A DNA stretch of 64,000 nucleotides, from assembly GCA_038214755.1 (NCBI GenBank), contig JBBQRQ010000004.1, positions 32,001 through 96,000 of the forward strand. Reading direction: 5' to 3'. Below are positions 28,819 through 37,160 of this stretch, piece by piece. The position numbers were made by a program, and so were the translations under genes. The notes under the pieces were generated by a model. It was given only the letters and a program-made list of their open reading frames with translations. It did no database searches and was not told where the DNA came from. How positions within the stretch are numbered: position 1 is the stretch's first letter; the number at the start of each line of letters is the position of its first letter. The DNA is from Verrucomicrobiota bacterium. GTDB lineage: Bacteria; Verrucomicrobiota; Verrucomicrobiia; Limisphaerales; CANJXF01.

Positions 28819-31146
28819 ATGCATCTCCAACCTCAAGGCAATAAGCGCGGTTACGCCCTTCTGATTACAATGTGTCTGGCCTGCGTCGGCGCATTGATTC
28901 TGGCGGGGGTGTTGGATTGGGCGTCGCAAAATGCTTTGCTCACCACTAGGAATAACGAGTACTTCACCACCTGTTACGCCGCTGAGGCTGCGACGGAGAA
29001 GGTCTTCGCCAACCTATCGCGGGACTACCAAAACTACGGGGAAGGCGTGGTCTATTCGAGAATACCTCAGTACCTGACCAATCCCCCCTCGACCACCGAC
29101 AGTTCTTACTGGGCTGACTATGAGTTTAACAACGGCGCAGGAGCGGTTAATCGCGTCACCTTGCAAAGAGTCAACCCGACGAACTCTATTCTCCTGGGCG
29201 CGCCTTATGCCGGTCTTCGGTCATTCGGCTCCACTTACCAGACCATTGCCAATGCGAAAAATTCCTCGACGCGCCATCATATTCCTGGAGCAGTCGGACA
29301 AGAGGTTCACCTCGGAACCATTCCTATTTTTCAGTTTGCCATTTTTTATCAGGGAGACATGGAGATCAATCCGGGACCGACTATGAATATTACCGGGCTG
29401 GTTCATGGGAACTCAGATATCTATTTGCAACCACAGTCGGCGTTGAGGTTCTACGATGACATCTCTGCATCTGGCACAATCATCCCCGGTAAAAAGCCGG
29501 GCGACCCGTTGAATCGGACTTCGGGAACCATTACCTATGATGAATACCATTTGAGCGGGGTAAATCCCCTCAACCTTCCTGTCGGCACAAATACCACCGG
29601 TGTGGTGACAAATATCGGTGACAATGTATATGGGATTATAGACCTGCCCGACCTGAGTGAGTTACCCAATTCCGCTGTGGGCACCAATCGTCTTTACAAC
29701 AAAGCAGATTTAATTTTGATTCTTTCAAACAATCTGGTGGTGGTGAAGAGTGGAGTGTCGGTGGACAACTCCGCCACTGTTATACCGACCAATCAATGGA
29801 AACTTTTCCTGCGGACAAACGATAACTTCACCAACAAGCGCGAAAACATCAACGTCCAGGCCACCACCATTGATGTTGAGAAACTGCGGTTATGGAGCGG
29901 GACGAACACCGTCTTGCGTCCACTCCTTGGCAACCGCGATGTTTCCTCCATTTATGTGGCGGACCTTCGTCCTACCAGCAATGCGGTGCTAACCACAAAT
30001 TTCACGGTCTCTACCAACTACACCTTGATTACCAACACGACGCCGACGACCTCCCGGACCTACCCGGCAGCCGATTCCTACTTAGGGCCGGTCAACAACA
30101 CCACTGTATCCACCAATGCGCCCCCGCCCGCACCGGCTGCGCCACCCGCTTTGAACATCACCCCTATTACCACTGGTACCACCGATGTTGTTCCACCGGC
30201 TCCGGGAACTTACACCGGCACGATTACAACTAATACTGCAGCGACAACGACTTCATCGTATCCGTCCGCCGGCACTTATACGGATTCCGTGACGACCAAT
30301 ACGGTTGTGACAAGATCCGACACTTATCCGTCACCTGGAACCTATTTTGGTCCAGTGGTGACAAATAGCACTGGAAAAAGATATACTTACAATCTTATCA
30401 CCGGCTACAGCTACGCCCGCATCACTGGGTATAGCTATAACCTCATTACTTCCTACACCTACCTGCTTCCGGCCTACGCTTATAACAGGATAACGAGTGT
30501 TGGCACCAATACATCGCGGGCAACCAACCTTTTCTACAACACTAACTTCACCGTATTCGCGCAGTCTGGCATTGTTTTGACCAATGGCAGGACGCTACCC
30601 GCTCTCGGTTTGACGGTAGTGACGCCCGATCCGTTGTATATCACGGGAGACTACAACACATCGCTTGATGGCATCTCTTTCTACACCGGTTCGGCGGACA
30701 CGTCGCATGCCCGACCCGCCGCCATCATGGCCGATGCCATCATGGTGCTGTCCACCGCATGGAATCCTGTCAATAGCAGCGGGCTTCTTAGCGCTCGAAT
30801 CGCCGCCAGCACAACTGTCAATGCCGCGTTTCTCTCCGGGATAGTTCCTACTGGCGATGGTTATTACAGCGGTGGAGTGGAAAATTTCCCGCGCTTTCTG
30901 GAGGACTGGTCCAGCCGCACCTTTACCTACAATGGATCAATGGTCGTCATGTTCGATAGCAGGGTTGCCACTGCGCCCTGGCTCGGAACGGGTAGCACGT
31001 ATGGAGTCTATAATCCGCCGATTCGTAGCTGGGCCTTTGATACAAACTTTCTCGATCCGCGCAAGCTTCCGCCACTGACGCCCCAGGTCATCTCCGTAAC
31101 AAGGGGTCGCTGGTCCTTAATTTCGCCCAACACCACGACTTTCTAA
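28819..31146 (+). CDS. Large PilX/GspK-like minor pilin with Thr-rich repeat insertion
   Basis: KRGYALLITM lacking Glu+5, AEAATEK, SGGVENFPRFLEDW. Confidence 0.75.
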   Translation: MHLQPQGNKRGYALLITMCLACVGALILAGVLDWASQNALLTTRNNEYFTTCYAAEAATEKVFANLSRDYQNYGEGVVYSRIPQYLTNPPSTTDSSYWADYEFNNGAGAVNRVTLQRVNPTNSILLGAPYAGLRSFGSTYQTIANAKNSSTRHHIPGAVGQEVHLGTIPIFQFAIFYQGDMEINPGPTMNITGLVHGNSDIYLQPQSALRFYDDISASGTIIPGKKPGDPLNRTSGTITYDEYHLSGVNPLNLPVGTNTTGVVTNIGDNVYGIIDLPDLSELPNSAVGTNRLYNKADLILILSNNLVVVKSGVSVDNSATVIPTNQWKLFLRTNDNFTNKRENINVQATTIDVEKLRLWSGTNTVLRPLLGNRDVSSIYVADLRPTSNAVLTTNFTVSTNYTLITNTTPTTSRTYPAADSYLGPVNNTTVSTNAPPPAPAAPPALNITPITTGTTDVVPPAPGTYTGTITTNTAATTTSSYPSAGTYTDSVTTNTVVTRSDTYPSPGTYFGPVVTNSTGKRYTYNLITGYSYARITGYSYNLITSYTYLLPAYAYNRITSVGTNTSRATNLFYNTNFTVFAQSGIVLTNGRTLPALGLTVVTPDPLYITGDYNTSLDGISFYTGSADTSHARPAAIMADAIMVLSTAWNPVNSSGLLSARIAASTTVNAAFLSGIVPTGDGYYSGGVENFPRFLEDWSSRTFTYNGSMVVMFDSRVATAPWLGTGSTYGVYNPPIRSWAFDTNFLDPRKLPPLTPQVISVTRGRWSLISPNTTTF

Positions 31147-31149
31147 CCT

Positions 31150-31902
31150 ATGAAGTATCTCAACCGGCACGGTGTAGCTGATGCGGTGGCGTTTATGAAC
31201 CAAAGCGCAGAATCTGATCCACTGGGACTAGATACGACTTACCATCGCCGCAGACCCCACACAGTGCTCGGAAACGGACTGAAGTCTGCGCTCCTTCATC
31301 TCATCAGCCGCATCGTCAGTTTGTTCACGGATCGAACTGCGTGGTTGCGACTCAGCGTGGGTGTCATCTATTTGGGAGTGGCGGTTTCTACTCTAGCCGA
31401 GGGGCGCTTTGAATTATTCGATAGCATGGTCGAACTCGTTGAGGGAGGAACCATCGAGACTAGCGTGATATTAACCGATCACCATCGTATTACCTTTGTT
31501 CCGCCGCCGCGGTTCACGGTGAATGCCAATAAACAATTAAAAAAAATCATCCTGACAGGGGATAACAAAGTCTCCATTGGGATTGAGATAACGACGAATC
31601 ATTTGGGTGGTTTGCCAACGGAAGAAACATTGAAGAAAATTGTTTTGCAGCATTATACCGGGGCGGCGGTTATACGTTCTTCCAGTTGCCGTATTGGGGG
31701 GAAAACAGGTTGGTCGATTGATGCCAATCGAATACTGGGTCGAGGGGAAATGTGGATGACGCGTCACGTCTTTGTGCCGTGGCTGGCTGGGACGATAGAA
31801 TTCACCTTGACCACGGAGGGCCAGAATTTCGAAGCCCAACGGAATATTTTTGGCAACCTTTTAAATTCTTTCCAAGTTGAACCGCTGAAGCCCAAGAGTT
31901 GA
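31150..31902 (+). CDS. Hypothetical membrane-anchored protein (true start may be downstream)
   Basis: Follows the pilX-like gene by 3 nt; one hydrophobic segment. Confidence 0.55.
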   Translation: MKYLNRHGVADAVAFMNQSAESDPLGLDTTYHRRRPHTVLGNGLKSALLHLISRIVSLFTDRTAWLRLSVGVIYLGVAVSTLAEGRFELFDSMVELVEGGTIETSVILTDHHRITFVPPPRFTVNANKQLKKIILTGDNKVSIGIEITTNHLGGLPTEETLKKIVLQHYTGAAVIRSSSCRIGGKTGWSIDANRILGRGEMWMTRHVFVPWLAGTIEFTLTTEGQNFEAQRNIFGNLLNSFQVEPLKPKS

Positions 31903-31989
31903 TCGCCTGGCTGTTTCGTATCTTAGCCGCGAAGATAATGGCGCTCCTTTCAGGACACCGGCGTATTGACCTTTATCGTTGGCAAAATC

Positions 31990-32064
31990 TGGCGACCCTA
32001 CCGGGAATCGAACCCGGGCTACCTCCGTGAAAGGGAGGTGTCCTAACCGCTAGACCATAGGGTC
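31990..32064 (-). tRNA. tRNA-Glu(TTC)
   Basis: Reverse complement GACCCTATGGTCTAGCGGTTAGGACACCTCCCTTTCACGGAGGTAGCCCGGGTTCGATTCCCGGTAGGGTCGCCA. Confidence 0.97.
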
Positions 32065-32165
32065 GTCGAAGGCTGCGAAATATATTCTCAACCAGTGGCT
32101 TGTCACGGACAATTTCACTCCTTATCACCTGCGTAATACCAACGGTTCCAAGCCAGCTTGTTTAA

Positions 32166-33590
32166 TTATTTTTCCACGGGGGTTTTCTTCGCGAAGATGT
32201 GGGTGGCGTGTCCGTAGAAAGATTCCGCTGCTTCCATAATCGTTTCAGAAAGTGTGGGATGGGGATGGACGCACGCCGCCAAATCTTTGGCGTTGGCGCC
32301 CATTTCCACTGCAACAACCCCTTCGGCGATCAGTTCGCCCGCGCCATGACCCACGATCCCGACGCCCAGCACGCGGTCTGTATCCGGCTCCAAAATTAAT
32401 TTCGTGAGTCCATCTGTCCGATCAAAAGTCAGCGCGCGTCCGGACGCAGCCCAGGGAAATTTCGCGATTTTTACCTCGACGCCTTTGGCTTTCGCTTCAG
32501 TTTCCGTCAAGCCGCACCACGCCACTTCCGGTTCAGTAAAAACGACCGCCGGAATAATGATGTCCCGATTGACGGCTCCCTCGCCGACAATATTTTCCAC
32601 CGCGATGCGCGCTTCTCTCGACGCTTTGTGCGCCAGCAAAACTCCGCCCGCGATATCGCCAATGGCAAAAATATTCGGATCGGACGTCTGCTGCGTTTCG
32701 CTGACCTTGATGAATTTTTTTTCGTCCTGCTCGACCTTCGTATTTTCCAATCCGAGATTTTCCGCGTTCGGAACACGCCCGACCGACACTAACACGCGGT
32801 CAAAAAGTTCTTCCGTCACCGCGCCATCTTTTTCACTAACGACCATAATTTTTTTTCCTTTGGTCGCCATTTTCGTCACTTTGGTTTTGTAACGAATTTC
32901 TTTAAAATTCTTTTCAGCGTATTTCACTACGGGTCGAATCAAATCCGCATCGGCTCCGGCGAGAATGGATTCCAATGCTTCAATGACCACCACCTTGCTG
33001 CCGAGATTGGCATAAGCCGTCCCCAGTTCCATACCGATGTAACCGCCGCCGATGATCAAAAAATCCTCCGGCACATCCTCGACCTGTAGCGCCTCGGTCG
33101 AAGTCATCACGCGGGGATTGCCCAGATCAAACGCTTTGGGTAGCGCCGGTTTTGAGCCGACGGCAATGATCGCTTTTTCGTATTCAAGAAATTGCTGGCC
33201 GTGTTCCGTTTCCACTCGCAACCGTTGCGAGCCTTCGAAGTAGGCGCGGCCATTGACTACTTGCACGCCGCGCGACTTCGCCAGTTGGCTGATGCCGCCG
33301 GAAAGTTTTTGGATAATCGAATCTTTCCAGGAACGAAGTTTGTCCACATCGATTTTGGGCGGCTCAAACGAAATGCCTCGATGCGCCGAGTCCTTCGCTT
33401 CTGCAATCATTTTGGTCGCGTGCAACAGTGCCTTGGATGGAATGCAACCGCGGTTCAAACAAACTCCGCCCAGCCGTTTTTCCTGCTCGACCAGGATAAC
33501 TTTTTTTCCGAGGTCAGCAGCGTAAAATGCGGCGGCATACCCGCCCGGCCCCGCGCCGACCACAACGATTTCGGTTTTCAATGTCTCCAT
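32166..33590 (-). CDS. lpdA: Dihydrolipoyl dehydrogenase (E3)
   Basis: GAGPGGY, GGVCLNRGCIPSK, HPHPTLSE; start METLK. Confidence 0.97.
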   Translation of the reverse strand: METLKTEIVVVGAGPGGYAAAFYAADLGKKVILVEQEKRLGGVCLNRGCIPSKALLHATKMIAEAKDSAHRGISFEPPKIDVDKLRSWKDSIIQKLSGGISQLAKSRGVQVVNGRAYFEGSQRLRVETEHGQQFLEYEKAIIAVGSKPALPKAFDLGNPRVMTSTEALQVEDVPEDFLIIGGGYIGMELGTAYANLGSKVVVIEALESILAGADADLIRPVVKYAEKNFKEIRYKTKVTKMATKGKKIMVVSEKDGAVTEELFDRVLVSVGRVPNAENLGLENTKVEQDEKKFIKVSETQQTSDPNIFAIGDIAGGVLLAHKASREARIAVENIVGEGAVNRDIIIPAVVFTEPEVAWCGLTETEAKAKGVEVKIAKFPWAASGRALTFDRTDGLTKLILEPDTDRVLGVGIVGHGAGELIAEGVVAVEMGANAKDLAACVHPHPTLSETIMEAAESFYGHATHIFAKKTPVEK

Positions 33591-33706
33591 GGCAAATATT
33601 ATAGAATCAGATTCTGGCGGAGGATAGCTGGCCGAAAAGCGGCGTCGATATTTTTGTCGGCCGGATTTCACAAATCGTTCAGCTTATTTTTTTTCAAAAA
33701 AAAACC

Positions 33707-33742
33707 TTGACGGTATGGCTGGAGTGCCATACAAAGTATGGC
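33707..33742 (+). promoter_or_regulatory. Putative sigma70 promoter with overlapping operator for vapBC
   Basis: TTGACG-17-TACAAA; GTATGGC/GCCATAC/GTATGGC half-sites at 33713, 33726, 33736. Confidence 0.75.
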
Positions 33743-34006
33743 ATGAAAATGACGATGCATATCGATGATGAGTTGTTAGCCAGAGTCATGGACGTCACCG
33801 GCGCACACAGCAAGACGAACGCGATCGATTTGGCGTTAAGAGAAATGGACAGAAGAGCCAAATTAACCGAATTGGCTTCCAAAGGATTGGGGATGACCGC
33901 GAGTGAGTTGAGGGAATCCTTTGATCCTGCTTCCTATCTGGAAACCTCTTACGCTTTAGCGGAAAAACCCGTGACTTATGGCCGTAAGCCCCGTTCTCGT
34001 AGATAG
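33743..34006 (+). CDS. VapB-family antitoxin
   Basis: MKMTMHIDDELL....TGAHSKTNAIDLALRE ribbon-helix-helix pattern; overlaps PIN gene. Confidence 0.85.
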   Translation: MKMTMHIDDELLARVMDVTGAHSKTNAIDLALREMDRRAKLTELASKGLGMTASELRESFDPASYLETSYALAEKPVTYGRKPRSRR

Positions 34007-34373
34007 CAGTTTTTACATTCGCGCCGCCCGGGAAGGGCGCGACCCCCTGCGGCTCCTGGCGCCAATTGCCGCCATGCGAGACGTGGCTGTGTGCGGCGTC
34101 ATCCGCTGTGAGGTGGGGCGCGGCGTGAAGAACCCAAAAGTGTTGGATCGATACAATGCTTTTTGGGACGTAATGATTTACGTGTCCACCGACAATCGGC
34201 TTTGGGATAACGTCGAGAAAACGCTTTGGCAACTGGATCGGCAGGGAATTATTCTGCCACTACCTGACGTCGTCATTGGTTGTTGCGCCATGCGGATCGG
34301 CGCGGTGGTGCTGACCCACGACGATCATTTTTACCAAATTCCCGGAGTGCGAGCCACAGACCGAATCGACTGA
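33978..34373 (+). CDS. VapC / PIN-domain toxin
   Basis: VLVDSS, E, PDVVI, LTHDDHF acidic PIN residues. Confidence 0.88.
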   Translation: MAVSPVLVDSSFYIRAAREGRDPLRLLAPIAAMRDVAVCGVIRCEVGRGVKNPKVLDRYNAFWDVMIYVSTDNRLWDNVEKTLWQLDRQGIILPLPDVVIGCCAMRIGAVVLTHDDHFYQIPGVRATDRID

Positions 34374-34511
34374 GTTGATTTGGGATCTGCTGGAGAAATT
34401 TCACTCGGTGATTTTCAAGGCAAGACGAGCGAACTGTTCCCAGCGGAATTGTCCGCCAACAAATGATTTTGCGTCTTTGACTGGGAAACGTAATTCGACT
34501 AAAAGTTCCTT

Positions 34512-34781
34512 ATGAATGCCGACAGTGCTGTGACCGAAGTGGAAATATGGGATCGCGCCATCCGTCCGGAAGCGGGCGATTTTTCCGCAGCAGCATCGCG
34601 GGATTTGTTGCGCTTGCGATTGTCGGACACGGACGCCAAACGGGTTCAGGAACTTTCAGCCAAGGCAAATGAAGGCGGGTTATCGGAACTCGAAGCCGAA
34701 GAACTTGATCACTATCTCAACGTCGGTCGCGCGCTGGAATTCATCAAAGCCAAAGCCCGTCTCTCCCTGAAGGCTGCTTGA
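34512..34781 (+). CDS. Small hypothetical protein, partner of downstream HNH gene
   Basis: 89 aa, own promoter-like motif, 7 nt upstream of the HNH ORF. Confidence 0.7.
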   Translation: MNADSAVTEVEIWDRAIRPEAGDFSAAASRDLLRLRLSDTDAKRVQELSAKANEGGLSELEAEELDHYLNVGRALEFIKAKARLSLKAA

Positions 34782-34788
34782 CCGCCAA

Positions 34789-35193
34789 ATGAACGCGGCG
34801 TTTCGAAAAGCCGTTCGGGATCGGGCGCTGCAACGTTGCGAGTATTGTCGTTTTCCTGAGCAATTCGCCGAACTTCCGTTTCACTTCGACCATATCATCG
34901 CCCAACAACACGGCGGAAAATCGGAATTGGAAAACCTGGCGTTCGCTTGTTGTTATTGTAATCGCTACAAAGGTCCAAATCTTTCGGGTCTCGATCCGGA
35001 TTCAACGAAAGTGGTTCCCCTTTTTCATCCGCGACAGAATTCCTGGGGCGAGCACTTCTCCTGGACCGGCGCGTTTATCGACGGCAAAACCGCCATTGGC
35101 CGCGCAACGATTCAGGCATTGCGATTGAACCGCCCCGACGCAATTGCCGTGCGACAACTTTTGATTCGGGCAGGAGATTACGGTGTGAGTTAG
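34789..35193 (+). CDS. HNH endonuclease
   Basis: RCEYC, DHIIAQQHGG, NLAFACCYCNRYKG, LFHPR..W..HF. Confidence 0.9.
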   Translation: MNAAFRKAVRDRALQRCEYCRFPEQFAELPFHFDHIIAQQHGGKSELENLAFACCYCNRYKGPNLSGLDPDSTKVVPLFHPRQNSWGEHFSWTGAFIDGKTAIGRATIQALRLNRPDAIAVRQLLIRAGDYGVS

Positions 35194-35360
35194 CAAAGCC
35201 GCGCCGGAATCGTGAACAAGATTATCTCGCGCAGAAACCGCTTCTAAAAAAACTGGATGGTGGAGAAATTTCACTCGCGGATTTACAAGGCGAGACGAAG
35301 GAATTATTCGACGCGCACAAAAATTGCCATTTAAGCAACCCGAGTTTGGCGACTTAAATT

Positions 35361-36677
35361 TTACGCGTCGAGCTTCACTTCTGCTTCTTCAAAATTCTGA
35401 AAGGCTTCAACCAGGTCCACCATGAACCGTGCCGCGCTGCCGCCGTCGATCACCCGGTGGTCATAGGATAAAGTAATCGGTAAAATCAAACGCGGTTCGA
35501 TTTTCTTTTCCTTCGTCACGATTGGTTTGAACGCCCCTTTGCCCATTCCTAAAATTGCCACATCCGGTTTGTTCACGATCGGCGTGAAGTGTCCGCCGCC
35601 AAATGCGCCTTGATTGGAGATCGTGAAACTGCCGCCCTGCATTTCTTCCGTGGAAATTTTTCGGTCGCGCGCTTTCGCGGCGAGTTCGCTCAACTCTTTG
35701 GAAATTTGCGCCAAATCTTTTTTATCCACGTCGCGAATGACGGGAACCATCAAGCCCTGCTCGGTTTCAACGGCGACGCCGATGTGAAAATATTCTTTGA
35801 AAATAATTTCCTGCGAACTTTCATCGAGACTCGTGTTGAAAATGGGATGTTTTTTTAAAGTGTTCACCACGGCTTTCACGGCGAAAGAAGTCACCGTGAG
35901 TTTGGCCCCTTTTTTCTCGTAGGCATCGGCGTATTTTTTCCGAAGCTCCATGATGTTCGTCAAATCAACGTCATCAAACTGCGTGACATGCGGAATCGAA
36001 TTCCAATTCTCGGTCATGCGTTGCGCAATGACTTTACGCAACTCGGACATCGGTCGTTTGTAAATGGAACCGAATCGGGAAAAATCAATTTGCGGCGCGG
36101 CTTTGCCCGGAGTTTTTTGCGCGTCGGGCGCGGAAACATTTTTTTGTTTCGCAGCGCGCTGCAAGTTTTGGATGAACGTTTTTAGATCGGCCAAAATAAT
36201 TCTGCCGCCGCCTTCGCTGCCGCGAACTTTGCGCAAATCAATTCCCAAATCCTGCGCCAGCCGCCGCAGGGCAGGGGACGCGGGCGGAGGAAATTTCCCC
36301 GTGTATTCGAATTCTTCTTCGGGCGCCTCCTCAACTTCTTCGCCTTCTTCTCCCTTGTTTTTTTCCTGGCGCTCGGCGGGTTTTTTCGCGGGAGCTTTTC
36401 CGGGCGAGGCCTTTTTTGGCGCGGAAGCGGCGGGAGCTTCGGCAACGCCGCCCGCCAACGAAAGAATCGGTGAACCGACGGAAATTTTCTGTCCCTCTTG
36501 AACGATGATTTTGGAAACTTGTCCGGCGGCGCTCGATGAAATCGGGGTCACGGCTTTGCCCGTTTCAAGTTCGATAATGGTTTGGCCTTTGGTGATTTGA
36601 TCACCTTCCTTGACGAGAATGGTCACGACCGTTCCCGCGTCGGCGCCTTCACCGAGTGGAGGTAATTTTACGTCCAT
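35361..36677 (-). CDS. aceF: Pyruvate dehydrogenase E2, one lipoyl domain
   Basis: LETGKA lipoyl site, ASPALRRLA binding domain, DHRVIDG. Confidence 0.93.
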   Translation of the reverse strand: MDVKLPPLGEGADAGTVVTILVKEGDQITKGQTIIELETGKAVTPISSSAAGQVSKIIVQEGQKISVGSPILSLAGGVAEAPAASAPKKASPGKAPAKKPAERQEKNKGEEGEEVEEAPEEEFEYTGKFPPPASPALRRLAQDLGIDLRKVRGSEGGGRIILADLKTFIQNLQRAAKQKNVSAPDAQKTPGKAAPQIDFSRFGSIYKRPMSELRKVIAQRMTENWNSIPHVTQFDDVDLTNIMELRKKYADAYEKKGAKLTVTSFAVKAVVNTLKKHPIFNTSLDESSQEIIFKEYFHIGVAVETEQGLMVPVIRDVDKKDLAQISKELSELAAKARDRKISTEEMQGGSFTISNQGAFGGGHFTPIVNKPDVAILGMGKGAFKPIVTKEKKIEPRLILPITLSYDHRVIDGGSAARFMVDLVEAFQNFEEAEVKLDA

Positions 36678-36691
36678 ATTTTAATAAGTTT

Positions 36692-37160
36692 TAACCACGG
36701 ATGAACACGGATGAACACGGATAAAAAAAGTCATAAGACGATTCGTTCCCACTGCAGCCTCGCGTGTTTAAAATTCAGAATCAGACCCACCCGGACCTTC
36801 GCAATTCGTAAATAATTCATCATCTGCCCGCGTTCGTGGTCGCTAATTCGTTCGATAACTTTCGCGTCCACAATAACAGTCTCGTAAGCGATGAGATCAG
36901 GAATGAATTTCCCCACCATCCGGCCTTTGTAAGAAACATCGAAGTTGCGTTGCTGGTGGTGCGGAATTCCTTGTAAAGTAAATTCAACAACCAGAGAATT
37001 TTCGTAACATTTTTCACCCAAACCGTGGCCAATTCCATTTAGCACTTCGAAGGCGCATCCCAGAATGGAATGGGTCTCTTCTTTCAGCAAGAGTTTGGAA
37101 CTGACGCCATGAAGCAGGTCCACTTGTGTATCCGTGTTCATCTGTGTTCATCCGTGGTTA
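36692..37160. mobile_element. GxxExxY cassette bounded by 32-bp terminal inverted repeats
   Basis: 36692-36723 matches the reverse complement of 37129-37160 at 31/32. Confidence 0.75.
36731..37141 (-). CDS. GxxExxY family protein (putative PD-(D/E)xK nuclease)
   Basis: GHGLGEKCYENSL, FIPDLI, IVDAK, QMMNYL, GLILNF. Confidence 0.92.
   Translation of the reverse strand: MNTDTQVDLLHGVSSKLLLKEETHSILGCAFEVLNGIGHGLGEKCYENSLVVEFTLQGIPHHQQRNFDVSYKGRMVGKFIPDLIAYETVIVDAKVIERISDHERGQMMNYLRIAKVRVGLILNFKHARLQWERIVL

Noticed and set aside
31903..31989. Prophage/ICE attachment site at tRNA-Glu
   Set aside because: No integrase, phage genes or duplicated tRNA 3' end found.
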